DNA from: Candidatus Magasanikiibacteriota bacterium
Lineage (GTDB): Bacteria > Patescibacteriota > Patescibacteriia > Magasanikbacterales > UBA922
Direction: 5' to 3'
Length of the DNA stretch: 64,000 nucleotides
Assembly: GCA_021648085.1 (NCBI GenBank)
Contig: JAKITS010000001.1
Span: 132,948-196,947, forward strand
The notes below the pieces were generated by a model. That model worked only from the letters and a program-made list of their open reading frames with translations, searched no databases and was not told where the DNA came from. Positions 30,089 to 40,101 of this stretch are shown here, piece by piece. The position numbers were made by a program, and so were the translations under genes. How positions within the stretch are numbered: the first letter of the stretch is position 1; each line of letters begins with the position of its first letter.

Positions 30089-31291
30089 ATGCCAAAAAAT
30101 AATATTATAATTAATGATGGGGGATATTATGCTATAAAAGGTTTTGCTTATCAAATAGATAAAGCAATTTTAGAAATCTTAAATACTGATGACGAGAGTA
30201 AAAGTATAAATATTGAGCAAATTCAAGACATAGATTTAGCTGATTCAGTTATACAAGTTAAATATAAAGAAACTACTAAGCTAGTTCCCTCTCAAGTAAA
30301 CAAGCCAATATCACAACTCATTGAAGAATTTAAAGTAGATAACACAAAAAAATATATTTTGTATACTTATTTTGATGACTTAAATGGATATGAGGAAAAA
30401 GTAGATCAAGATAAAAAAATTTCAAAGGATACTTTGGATGAATTTTTAGGGAACCTAAAAAATGATTTTACAGAACAGGAAAGAATAGACTTTGTTAATA
30501 ATTTTTATTTAGATTTTTCTCCAGAGTTTCAATCTCAATTTAATTCTGTAATTTTAAAATTAAAAGAACAGAGTTTTATTGGAAATACTGACGAAGAGGC
30601 AATGTTTTATTATGCAAATATTTCAGACTTTTTGTATAAATTAGTCACAAATAATCCAACCATAAAAATTAAAAACAGGACGTGTACTCAAAAAGAAATA
30701 TTTGATTATTTAAAAAACGGTAAGTGTCTAATCTTTAATTCTAGTTTTAGAGAATATCAAGGTGATCAAAAATATTTTACTTTTATTAAAAAACAACATT
30801 TTTCTAATAGAAATATAGATTATTTTGAAAGATTCATTATTGTAGAATTAAGTAGAAATGAAAGCATTGCAGATATAAAAGAAGTTGTTTTTAAAATTAA
30901 AGATGCATTTTATAACAAATCAGGAACATGGAGAGGTAAAGTAATAAAATCTCCTGCCCCGTATATTTATATGATTAATATTTCAGATGATAGTTTAATT
31001 CAGTTAAAAACTGAATTATTAAAAGAAAGTACAATTTTCAAAGATGGTTTTGATTTTGCTGGTGCTAATTTTTCTTTAGATTCAATAAAACAAAATTCTA
31101 CAATCCACAACAATCTTTGTTTAAAATTAGTTAATAATGAAGATATTTTAAAGCGATTAATAAGTGAAGATTTTCAACATCCAAAAGAAATTTATCAATT
31201 TTACACAAATGAAAGTATTATAATTAAACCTAATATGAAAAATATTGAAATACAAATAAAAAACATATCAGATATTATTTTTATTCTTTAA
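30089..31291 (+). CDS. DUF4297-like anti-phage PD-(D/E)xK nuclease
   Basis: N-terminal AIKGFAYQ...QDID...IQVKY pattern (Cap4/DUF4297-like), directly upstream of HerA. Confidence 0.65.
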   Translation: MPKNNIIINDGGYYAIKGFAYQIDKAILEILNTDDESKSINIEQIQDIDLADSVIQVKYKETTKLVPSQVNKPISQLIEEFKVDNTKKYILYTYFDDLNGYEEKVDQDKKISKDTLDEFLGNLKNDFTEQERIDFVNNFYLDFSPEFQSQFNSVILKLKEQSFIGNTDEEAMFYYANISDFLYKLVTNNPTIKIKNRTCTQKEIFDYLKNGKCLIFNSSFREYQGDQKYFTFIKKQHFSNRNIDYFERFIIVELSRNESIADIKEVVFKIKDAFYNKSGTWRGKVIKSPAPYIYMINISDDSLIQLKTELLKESTIFKDGFDFAGANFSLDSIKQNSTIHNNLCLKLVNNEDILKRLISEDFQHPKEIYQFYTNESIIIKPNMKNIEIQIKNISDIIFIL

Positions 31292-31302
31292 CTTAAAATA
31301 TC

Positions 31303-33012
31303 ATGACAAATTCAACTGATCAAAAACTTGCTTTCGTAACTTCCGTTTATCCAAATAAAGTAAAAATTGAAGTAGAAAATCTAACTGCTTTTAAAGATAA
31401 TATAGATGACGCACTTGGTGATTTAAAAATTGGCTCTTATCTTGAAATTTCTGATAATGAAGGTTGTAAACTTATTGCTATTATTGAAAGCTATCAAATA
31501 GAATTAAAAGAAAGAATTATAGAAAATGAACAAGGTGAAAAAAATAAAGAAACTTACAACGCTTACGTATTAGAAGCTAGTCCTCTCGGTACAATAAAAG
31601 GTAAAGAATTTACTAGAGGTGGCGATGCTTTGACTATTCCACCAACAGAGGTAGGACCTGCAAGTGAAGAAAATATAAAATTAATTTATGAAAATGGATT
31701 TGAGCCACAAGAAAAGTTTTTATTTGCAAAATTAGCACAAGATGAAAATATTGAAGTTCCTGTAAATGGGAATAAATTTTTCAATAAACATTTCGCAATT
31801 GTTGGGTCTAGTGGTTCAGGGAAATCGCATACGATAGCAAAAATTATACAAAAAGCTGTTGCAGAGAAAAATGGTGAATTCGAATTAAACAATTCTCACA
31901 TTATAATATTTGATATTCACAACGAATATAAAACAGCTTTCCCAGATGCCAACTTTTTGGATATTAGCAACTTAGTTTTGCCTTATTGGTTACTCAATAG
32001 TGAAGAATTAGAAGAACTATTTATTGATACGGAAGCTAATGACCACAATCAAAAAAATGTTTTCAAAGAATCAATTGTAACGAATAAAAAGGACAGTTTA
32101 ATTAAAGAAGATGGTGAAAGTCATGAAGATTTTAACAATAGAAAAGAAAAGATTCATTATGATTCTCCTGTTTTGTTTGATATTCAAAAAGTTTTGGAAT
32201 TTGCTCAAAACAAAAATCAAGAAATGGTTCCAGGTGCAAATAATAAAGAAAAACAGGGTTCATTATTTGGAAAATTAACCAATTTTGTCAGTAGATTAGA
32301 GAATAAATTGAATGATAAAAGATTTGAATTTTTATTAGGAGATAATTCAAAAGAAATTTCTTTTGAAGATACTTTGAGACAATTTATTGGATATAAAGAT
32401 GACAATAAATCAAATGTAACAATTATTGATTTAAGTGGTGTTCCTTTTGACGTTCTTAGTGTCACAGTAGCTTTAATTTCAAGAATATTATTTGATTATG
32501 GATATTTTTATAAAAAATATTTAAACGAAGGTGTTGATTTGGAAACTCCATTATTGCTTATATATGAAGAAGCACATAAATATGTACCAAAAAATGATTT
32601 TGCAAAATTTAGAGCATCGAGGAATGCTATTGAAAGAATTGCAAAAGAAGGAAGAAAATATGGTGTAACTTTAGGTATTATAAGCCAAAGGCCATCTGAA
32701 ATATCTGAAACCATCTTCTCTCAATGCAATAACTTTATTGCTATGAGATTAACAAATCCAACTGATCAGAATTATGTAAAAAGATTGTTACCAGATACAT
32801 TGGGGAATCTAATTGATAATTTACCATCATTACAATCTGGAGAAGGACTTTTGCTTGGAGAATCAATAATTATGCCATCTTTAGTTAAAATAGAAAAATG
32901 TGATAACGATAAACAGCCATCTTCAAATGATGTGAAATATTTGGAAACATGGAAAGAGGAATGGAAAGATGTTGATTTTAATAACATAATTAAAAAATGG
33001 AAATATGAATAA
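31303..33012 (+). CDS. herA: HerA/DUF87 ATPase (anti-phage HerA)
   Basis: HFAIVGSSGSGKS Walker A, FDIHNEY, YEEAHKY Walker B, EGRKYG, SQRPSE. Confidence 0.88.
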   Translation: MTNSTDQKLAFVTSVYPNKVKIEVENLTAFKDNIDDALGDLKIGSYLEISDNEGCKLIAIIESYQIELKERIIENEQGEKNKETYNAYVLEASPLGTIKGKEFTRGGDALTIPPTEVGPASEENIKLIYENGFEPQEKFLFAKLAQDENIEVPVNGNKFFNKHFAIVGSSGSGKSHTIAKIIQKAVAEKNGEFELNNSHIIIFDIHNEYKTAFPDANFLDISNLVLPYWLLNSEELEELFIDTEANDHNQKNVFKESIVTNKKDSLIKEDGESHEDFNNRKEKIHYDSPVLFDIQKVLEFAQNKNQEMVPGANNKEKQGSLFGKLTNFVSRLENKLNDKRFEFLLGDNSKEISFEDTLRQFIGYKDDNKSNVTIIDLSGVPFDVLSVTVALISRILFDYGYFYKKYLNEGVDLETPLLLIYEEAHKYVPKNDFAKFRASRNAIERIAKEGRKYGVTLGIISQRPSEISETIFSQCNNFIAMRLTNPTDQNYVKRLLPDTLGNLIDNLPSLQSGEGLLLGESIIMPSLVKIEKCDNDKQPSSNDVKYLETWKEEWKDVDFNNIIKKWKYE

Positions 33013-34402
33013 AATATACACAACAAAAAATGATGTATTAAAAGAAGCTAAGAAAATTCTTAATCAATCTTTGCGTGATATAATGATTGATAATAATATT
33101 GATATTGAAAAATTGGAACAAAAACTTTTTCAATATAATAAAAGACGAAAAGGACTTTTGGGTGAGTTGGTTGAGGAATTCGTTTTTGGGCTTAATGTAA
33201 ATAATAATGCTGAGGCAGATTTTGTTATTGCTGGTATAGAATTAAAAACCAATCCACTTAAAAAATCTAATAAAAAAGATTTTGTTTCTAAGGAACGTTT
33301 GGTTTTTTCAATGATTAATTATAATAAAATAGTAAATGAAACATGGGAAAATAGTTCATTTCTTAAAAAAAATAAAGTTCTTTTGCTGATGTTTTATCTG
33401 TGGCTTAAAGATCAGAGTATTTTGGATTATGAGTTTAAATTTGTACATTTACTTGACTTACTAAATGGTCTATCTGGTGAAGATATATATCAAATACAAA
33501 AGGATTGGGAATATATTGTCGCAAAAATTAAACGGGGAGAAGCTCATTTGTTGTCTGAAGGGGATACGTATTATTTAGGTGCTTGTACAAAAGCTGCAAA
33601 TAGTAGGGTTGTACGTGACCAACCAAAATCACGTATATTAGCAAAACCAAGAGCTTTTTCTTTTAAACAACAATATTTAAACTTTTTAATTCAAAAAGAA
33701 TTACTCGGTAAGTCTGTAGATACAGAATCAATTTTTAAGAAAAAACGACGATTAGCTACGGTAGAAGATATTGTAAAAGAAAAGTTTTCTAAATTTATAG
33801 GAAAAACAGATCTTGAGATTAAGAATATTGTGGGTTGGGAAATTGAGAAAAAACCAAAAAGTTGGAAACGTCTTTTGGCAAATAGAATGCTCGGTGTTAA
33901 ATCAAATAAAATTGAGGAATTAGAAAAAGGAAATATAAAAATGAAAGTAATTACATTGGAATATACAGGTACTCTTAGGGAATCACTTTCTTTTCCAGCA
34001 TTTAATTATAAAGATTTAATAACACAGGTTTGGTATGATGACGAAAATCAGAAAATGAGTGATTTATATGAGTTATTAGAAACGAAAAAATTTTTATTTG
34101 TTGTATTTCAAAAACAAAAAGATAGTAAAGAGATTATTTTTAGAAAAATAAAATTTTGGAATTTTCCAATGAAAGATTTGTTGGAAGTTAGAAATGTATG
34201 GGATAAAACAATTGATTGTATTAATAATGGAGAATATAAAAATTTACCAAAAATGAGTGAGAATGGTGTTGCTCATGTGCGACCGCATGGAAAAAATTCA
34301 AAAGATACAATAGAAACTCCACAAAAAACACAAGAAACAAAAAGGTCATTTTGGTTAAATGCAAAGTATATTCAAAAAGTACTCGAAAATGATATTGATT
34401 AA
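33005..34402 (+). CDS. Type II restriction endonuclease, Sau3AI/MutH family
   Basis: KGLLGELVEE, EADF..AGIELK, KERLV, LSEGDTYYLGACTK, HVRPH, FWLNAKYI. Confidence 0.88.
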   Translation: MNKIYTTKNDVLKEAKKILNQSLRDIMIDNNIDIEKLEQKLFQYNKRRKGLLGELVEEFVFGLNVNNNAEADFVIAGIELKTNPLKKSNKKDFVSKERLVFSMINYNKIVNETWENSSFLKKNKVLLLMFYLWLKDQSILDYEFKFVHLLDLLNGLSGEDIYQIQKDWEYIVAKIKRGEAHLLSEGDTYYLGACTKAANSRVVRDQPKSRILAKPRAFSFKQQYLNFLIQKELLGKSVDTESIFKKKRRLATVEDIVKEKFSKFIGKTDLEIKNIVGWEIEKKPKSWKRLLANRMLGVKSNKIEELEKGNIKMKVITLEYTGTLRESLSFPAFNYKDLITQVWYDDENQKMSDLYELLETKKFLFVVFQKQKDSKEIIFRKIKFWNFPMKDLLEVRNVWDKTIDCINNGEYKNLPKMSENGVAHVRPHGKNSKDTIETPQKTQETKRSFWLNAKYIQKVLENDID

Positions 34403-34456
34403 AATTTGATCAATATCATTATTTTTGTTAAAATATAATTAATAAATTTTTTTAAT

Positions 34457-35704
34457 ATGAAAATAATAAGAGTGGTTGAATTATTTGCTGGAGTCGGAGG
34501 GTTTCGAATCGGGCTTAAACAAGCAGATAATGAAAAAGTGAAATATAAAACTATTTGGAATAGTCAGTGGGAACCAAGTACAAAAACACAACATGCTTCA
34601 GAAATATACAAAAAACATTTTGGTGAAAAAGGACATTCTTGTGAGGATATTAGAAATGTTGTTGATAATAAATTTCACACAATTCCTGAACATGATTTAT
34701 TAGTTGGTGGTTTTCCTTGTCAAGATTATTCTGTAGCACGTACAGCAAATCAAGCAAATGGTTTAATTGGTAAAAAAGGTGTTTTGTGGTGGTCTATTTT
34801 TGATATTTTAAAAAAAAGTGGAGAAAAAGCTCCCAGTTTTTTATTGTTAGAAAATGTTGATAGACTTCTTAAATCACCAACTAAACAAAGGGGGCGTGAT
34901 TTTGCTGTAATGCTCTCCTCTTTGGCTTCACTTAATTATATAGTGGAATGGAGGATTATTAATGCAGCAGAATATGGTTTTCCACAACGACGAAGACGTG
35001 TTTTTATTTTAGCTTATAAAAAAGGAACAAAACTTAATAAAAAAGCACGGAATATAAATTTAGAAGATTGGATAAATAAAAAGAGTGTAATGGCAAAAGG
35101 TTTTCCTATTTATAAAAATAATAATTTGTTAACCTCGTTTCAGATTAACACTAATCCGGCTAAAGTTTCTGAAGAATTTTCAAAAAATTCTCCAAAAATA
35201 AGTCCTTTTTATAATAGTGGTATAATGATTGATAATAAAATATATACAAAAAAAGTTCATCCAAAATATAATGGTAAAAAAGTAATTCTAAAAGACGTTT
35301 TAATTGATGAGAAACATGTACCGGAAGAATTTTTTATTGATGAGAAAACATTTGAAAGGTGGAAATATTTAAAAAATAGTAAAACAGAAAAGAGATGTAC
35401 TAAAGATGGTTTTGAATATAGTTATTCAGAAGGTGGTATGATTTTTCCAGATAATTTAGAGAATGCATCTAGGACAATTGTGACAGGTGAAGGAGGCTCA
35501 TCACCTTCAAGGTTTAAACACGTTATTAAAACAAAAACAGGACGTTTACGCAGATTAACACCAATAGAATTAGAACGACTTAATATGTTTCCAGATAATC
35601 ATACAGAAGGTGTATCAAATACAAAACGAGCTTTTATAATGGGTAATGCTCTTGTTATCGGTGTTATCAAAAAATTAGGTCAAACACTTTCAGACTTTAT
35701 ATAA
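34457..35704 (+). CDS. DNA (cytosine-5)-methyltransferase, M.Sau3AI-like
   Basis: ELFAGVGG, GFPCQDYS, ENV, QRRRR, RRLTPIE, GNAL. Confidence 0.93.
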   Translation: MKIIRVVELFAGVGGFRIGLKQADNEKVKYKTIWNSQWEPSTKTQHASEIYKKHFGEKGHSCEDIRNVVDNKFHTIPEHDLLVGGFPCQDYSVARTANQANGLIGKKGVLWWSIFDILKKSGEKAPSFLLLENVDRLLKSPTKQRGRDFAVMLSSLASLNYIVEWRIINAAEYGFPQRRRRVFILAYKKGTKLNKKARNINLEDWINKKSVMAKGFPIYKNNNLLTSFQINTNPAKVSEEFSKNSPKISPFYNSGIMIDNKIYTKKVHPKYNGKKVILKDVLIDEKHVPEEFFIDEKTFERWKYLKNSKTEKRCTKDGFEYSYSEGGMIFPDNLENASRTIVTGEGGSSPSRFKHVIKTKTGRLRRLTPIELERLNMFPDNHTEGVSNTKRAFIMGNALVIGVIKKLGQTLSDFI

Positions 35705-35711
35705 ATTCATA

Positions 35712-35758
35712 AAAAACAAAAAAAACTCCTCTCGGAGTTTTTTTTGTTTTGAGTTTTT
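35712..35758. terminator. Bidirectional terminator; right copy of the island-flanking direct repeat
   Basis: AAAACAAAAAAAACTCC-tctc-GGAGTTTTTTTTGTTTT between convergent MTase and HU genes. Confidence 0.8.
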
Positions 35759-36043
35759 TTATCTTCTTCCTTTCAAAGTATCTTTCAGTGTTTTTCCTGC
35801 TTTGAATTTTGGTACAATTACTGGTGGAATTTCTATTTTGATGCTTGGATTTCTTGGGTTTACGCCAATTCTTCCAGCACGTGTTTTTGCACTAAACGCT
35901 CCAAAACCTGCAATGTTTACAAATCCGCCAGTGTTTAATGTATTTGTGACTATTTCCACAAACGCAGAAACCATTTGCACAGCTTCTTTTTTAGATACAC
36001 CAACTTTTTCAGCTATTTGGTTTGATAGTTCTACTTTGTTCAT
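35759..36043 (-). CDS. hup: DNA-binding protein HU
   Basis: MNKVEL, GFGAF, RIGVNPRN, PKFKAGKTLKD. Confidence 0.93.
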   Translation of the reverse strand: MNKVELSNQIAEKVGVSKKEAVQMVSAFVEIVTNTLNTGGFVNIAGFGAFSAKTRAGRIGVNPRNPSIKIEIPPVIVPKFKAGKTLKDTLKGRR

Positions 36044-36101
36044 ATTTTTTATTGAAAGTATAATAGGTTTATTATAGGAGAATTAGCTTAGAATGTCAAA
36101 A

Positions 36102-37631
36102 TTATTTTGCGTATTCTATCACACGCGTCTCTCTTATTACACTTACTTTGATTTCTCCTGGGTATTGAAGTTCACTTTCTACTTTTCTAGCAATATCTTT
36201 TGCAAGGTTGTAAGCTTGGTAATCATCAATTTCGCTAGGCTTTACAAAGATTCTCACTTCGCGTCCAGCTTGAATAGCATAAACTTTTTCAATTCCTGGG
36301 AAGTCCTTTGCAGTTTGCTCCAACTCTTCCAAACGAGCTACATATTTTTCATAAGTATCACGCCGTGCACCAACTCGTGAAGAAGATATTGCATCTGCGG
36401 CTTTTACTATTTGTGTAATTAGTTTTTCTGGTTTGTCTTCGTGATGGTTTGCCGCAGCATCTTGTGAATCTTCATCTAATCCAAATTTCTTTAGAATTGT
36501 AAAACCAATTTCTGGGTGTGTTCCTTGTGTTTCTTGGTCTACTGCTTTTCCAATATCATGAAAGAAACCTGCTTTTTTTGCTTTTATAGGATCAACTCCA
36601 CCAATTTCTTCTGCCATCAAAGCAGAAAGATAAGCAACTTCAATTGAATGGTTCAATACGTTTTGACCATAACTTGTTCTATATTTTAAACGCCCCACAA
36701 TTGAAACTAACTTTGGTACAATACCAGTAAAACCAAGCTTATAAAGTGCTTCCTCACCAGTTTTTTTGATATCAATAGCCAACTCTTTTTTTGAGTCTTC
36801 TATTGCTTGCTCAATTTTTCCAGGATGAATTACACCTTCTTGGATAAGTCTTTCTAGTGCAAGAAAGCATACTCTACGACGAATTGGCGAGAAGCCAGAG
36901 ATTAAGATTACTCCTGGAGTTTCGTCTATTACAAGTTCACAGCCTGTTAATTTTTCAATTGTTTTTATGTTTCTACCATCTTTTCCAATGATTCGACCTT
37001 TCATATCATCGCTTGGCAAATTTACAACAGTAGATGTTGTCTCACTTGCGTGGTTTGAAGAACATCTTTGTATGGCTCCAAGTATAATTTCTCTTGCTTT
37101 TTCTGCATAAATTTCTGCATTTTCTTTTTCAATTTTCATCAATCTGCCAGACAGGTCGTGTGCTGAGTCTTTTTTTATAGCCACCATTAATTCTTCTTTT
37201 GCTTGTTCTTTTGAGTAGTTGGATATTTTTTGCAATTTTTCTACTGCATCTTTGTGGGTGTTATCTATTTTTTGTTTTACAGATTCTATCTCATCTCTTT
37301 TTTGTTGTAATTTACTTTTTTGATTTTCAAAATCCAACAACTTATTGTCGAACATTGATTCTCTTTGGGACATTCTATTTTGAAGATTGCGAATATCTTT
37401 TCGCATATTATTCTCTTCTCTTTTTACTTCATCTAGAATTTTAATTGATTTTTCTTTTGCATCAATTAAAATAGTTTTTTCCTTATTCTTCACTTCTGAA
37501 AGAATTTTTTCTGCTTTTGCCTCTGCTGTATTTATCTTGGATTGTGCTATAAGTTTGCGTACTGCATAACCAATAGCAACACCAATAAAAATACTAATAA
37601 TAGAGGATAAAAATAGTGTTATCTGCGACAT
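36102..37631 (-). CDS. rny: Ribonuclease Y
   Basis: N-terminal TM, coiled coil, KH (KGRIIGKDGRNI), HD (HDIGK), AIQAGREVR. Confidence 0.95.
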   Translation of the reverse strand: MSQITLFLSSIISIFIGVAIGYAVRKLIAQSKINTAEAKAEKILSEVKNKEKTILIDAKEKSIKILDEVKREENNMRKDIRNLQNRMSQRESMFDNKLLDFENQKSKLQQKRDEIESVKQKIDNTHKDAVEKLQKISNYSKEQAKEELMVAIKKDSAHDLSGRLMKIEKENAEIYAEKAREIILGAIQRCSSNHASETTSTVVNLPSDDMKGRIIGKDGRNIKTIEKLTGCELVIDETPGVILISGFSPIRRRVCFLALERLIQEGVIHPGKIEQAIEDSKKELAIDIKKTGEEALYKLGFTGIVPKLVSIVGRLKYRTSYGQNVLNHSIEVAYLSALMAEEIGGVDPIKAKKAGFFHDIGKAVDQETQGTHPEIGFTILKKFGLDEDSQDAAANHHEDKPEKLITQIVKAADAISSSRVGARRDTYEKYVARLEELEQTAKDFPGIEKVYAIQAGREVRIFVKPSEIDDYQAYNLAKDIARKVESELQYPGEIKVSVIRETRVIEYAK

Positions 37632-37889
37632 ATTTTTTGTTTCTCACTGGGTTTTTGAGAATACTATATTTTATTGTAGAAGTACACAAAAATAAGCATT
37701 TTTTTTGCTTATATTTTATAGCTCAAGAAGTTTATTTTCGCTAATTTAAGCGTTAAATTTGTTATTTTGCATTTAACATTATTTTCCATATCAGTCGTCT
37801 TCTTTTCTTTCTTACAACAGACCTATTTTTGAACAGGTCTTAATCTATCGTATCCTTTCAAACCCTAATTAATAATTGGGTATAACTGC

Positions 37890-37918
37890 ATTATATCTTT
37901 TTTTACTTTTTGTGTCAA
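37890..37918 (-). promoter_or_regulatory. Sigma70 promoter about 250 nt upstream of rny
   Basis: TTGACA-17 bp-TATAAT on the minus strand. Confidence 0.7.
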
Positions 37919-37945
37919 TAAAAAACTAGATAATTCACCTAATTT

Positions 37946-38638
37946 TTAAGAAATCTGAAATAATTTTTTAAACCAGTTTTTTCTTTTTAAACTTTTTATT
38001 TTTTTTGCTTTTTTAACTTTATATTTTCCAATTGCTAATCTTCTTAATTCTTCGCAATAAGCTCCTGTCTTCAATTTTTTTCCAATATCAAACGCAAGTG
38101 TTCGTATATATGTTCCGGTTGTTGTGTTTACTTCAATAGTCAAAAATGGATATTTATATTTTTTTAAGGCTATATTTTTTATTGTAATTTTATGTGGCGT
38201 TCTTTTTATCTCAATTCCTTCTCTAGCAAGTTCATACAATTTTTTACCTTGTACTTTTTTGGCAGAATACATTGGTGGGAGTTGATTTTGTTCACCTAGA
38301 AATTCTTTTAATACTTTTTCAACTTCTTTTTTTGTTGGTTTCATTTCTACCTTTATTTTTTTTGTAATTTTCCCAGTTTTATCATAAGTATCAGTTTCTG
38401 CGCCGAGTTTTATTTTTGTAATGTATGTTTTATCCAAGTTTTTGAATTCATCTATTCTTTTTGTAGCTTCTCTTTTTACCGCAACTATCAAAAGTCCCGT
38501 TGCAAAAGGATCTAATGTTCCAGCGTGCCCTATCTTTTTTATTTTTGTGACACCACGAAGATAGCCGACCACATCATGGCTAGTCCAATTGGTTGGCTTA
38601 TCCACCAAAAGAAATCCTGAATATTCTTTTTCTTCCAT
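37946..38638 (-). CDS. truB: tRNA pseudouridine(55) synthase
   Basis: DKP..WTSHDVV, GHAGTLDPFATG, PPMYSAKK, GTYIRTL. Confidence 0.95.
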   Translation of the reverse strand: MEEKEYSGFLLVDKPTNWTSHDVVGYLRGVTKIKKIGHAGTLDPFATGLLIVAVKREATKRIDEFKNLDKTYITKIKLGAETDTYDKTGKITKKIKVEMKPTKKEVEKVLKEFLGEQNQLPPMYSAKKVQGKKLYELAREGIEIKRTPHKITIKNIALKKYKYPFLTIEVNTTTGTYIRTLAFDIGKKLKTGAYCEELRRLAIGKYKVKKAKKIKSLKRKNWFKKLFQIS

Positions 38639-38729
38639 ATTATTAATATAAATTAATAACTAACAATTAGCAATTAACAAAAGTAACTTCACGAGTTTTT
38701 TATTATTTAAAAAGACTCGCGTGTTTTAT

Positions 38730-38824
38730 GTCATATTTTTATTTTTAACTCGATTGGTGATCGAGAGTTTGTATCATTGTTCTGGTTTGTAGATTCCTGG
38801 ATTCCTAGTCAAGTTGAGAATGAC
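38730..38824. repeat. REP family B pair (partly degenerate)
   Basis: Reverse complement matches 56380-56465, including the CAAACCAGAA linker. Confidence 0.7.
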
Positions 38825-38921
38825 AAAATAGAAGTTTTTACTTTCTTGTCTTATACATTTTCCTTACTTAGTCTGCTTAATCGTTAGTTTGCTATTATCA
38901 CTTATGATACAATGATTATGT

Positions 38922-39809
38922 ATGAAAAACAATACAAAAATATCAGGTTGGGGAGTAATAACAGAGAGTGGTTCAGAAATATGGCATTCTGAGCCTGTTT
39001 TCCCAAACTCCAAAATAACTTTAAAAGAAAAAGCTAAACTTTTGTTTTATCCAAAGAGGTTTTTTTTGTACAATTTTTTGAAAAAGAATTTAGCAGGTAA
39101 AAAATATAAGGTAAATATTTTGGATGTTGGATGCGCCACAGGTTCTAGTATTATAGATTTCAATAGTATGTTTGGTGATAGTGCAAATCTTTTTGGGGTG
39201 GATGTTGTAAAAATGCAGACAGATATAGCAAAACAAAATTTAAAAAATAAAAAGATAAGCGCAGATATTAAACTGTATAATGGTTCAAAACTTCCATTTG
39301 AAGATAGAATAATAGACGGAATTTACACATCAGATGTTTTGGGGCATGTAGAAAATGTAGATAAATGGTTGGCAGATTTAAATAGGATTTTGGTAAGTGG
39401 GGGAGTTTTGGCAATGTTTAGCGAATCCAAATTGGGAAAGCATGCTTTTGTACGAAATCGTCTTATGAAAAAAGGAGTAAACATAGATCCACACTCAAAA
39501 TTTCATATTTCTCTGTATTCCAAGGACGAGCTAAAACAAAAGATAGAAAAAGCAGGTTTCGAGATTTTGGAAGTTCGTTCTTCGTCTGCATTACATTTTT
39601 TTATAAATCCAAATGAATTTTATAATGCACTAAAAAATAAAAAAGGATTTTTCTTTTTGAAACAAATAAGCAGACTTTTAACTAGTGTAAAAATAAAAAC
39701 CCACCCATATTCCACAGCATTTTTAGAGTTTTATAGTTTTTTGGAAATGCTAATCATTGGAAAAAAAGTAGAAGCTCAGGGCTATATAATACTTGCTAAG
39801 AAAAAATAA
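38922..39809 (+). CDS. Class I SAM-dependent methyltransferase
   Basis: ILDVGCATG, LPF, DVLGHV, RILVSGG. Confidence 0.85.
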   Translation: MKNNTKISGWGVITESGSEIWHSEPVFPNSKITLKEKAKLLFYPKRFFLYNFLKKNLAGKKYKVNILDVGCATGSSIIDFNSMFGDSANLFGVDVVKMQTDIAKQNLKNKKISADIKLYNGSKLPFEDRIIDGIYTSDVLGHVENVDKWLADLNRILVSGGVLAMFSESKLGKHAFVRNRLMKKGVNIDPHSKFHISLYSKDELKQKIEKAGFEILEVRSSSALHFFINPNEFYNALKNKKGFFFLKQISRLLTSVKIKTHPYSTAFLEFYSFLEMLIIGKKVEAQGYIILAKKK

Positions 39810-39862
39810 AAATAAGTCTGTAAAGTTATAAAGTCCATAAAGTCGAAAGTTTAGAAAAATGG

Positions 39863-39914
39863 CGTTATCCTGAGTGAAATGGAGTAAAGTAGAGTGAAGT
39901 CGAATGGATCTCGA
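39863..39914. repeat. REP family A unit (degenerate)
   Basis: GTTATCCTGAGTGAA...GAAGTCGAATGGATCTCGA. Confidence 0.65.
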
Positions 39915-40101
39915 TACTCCTTGTTCTAATATTTTTCTGTCGATTTCAATTCCTCCTTTTTTTGGGTTGTGAGTTAGCATTCCTTAATAGTAAGGTTGAT
40001 ATAACATACCACAAAAAACACTTTTGTCAAGCTAAAAACTTGCTTTTTTTAGCTAAATTAGGTATTATGGGGCTATTATCAAATATCTTTAATTAAAACC
40101 T

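Noticed and set aside
27695-35760. Prophage or integrative element at the tRNAs
   Set aside because: No integrase, no phage structural genes and no duplicated tRNA 3' end
39816-39852. Short tandem repeat (GTC/GTT..AAA units of about 8-9 bp)
   Set aside because: Only about four degenerate units; low-complexity intergenic filler with no supportable function
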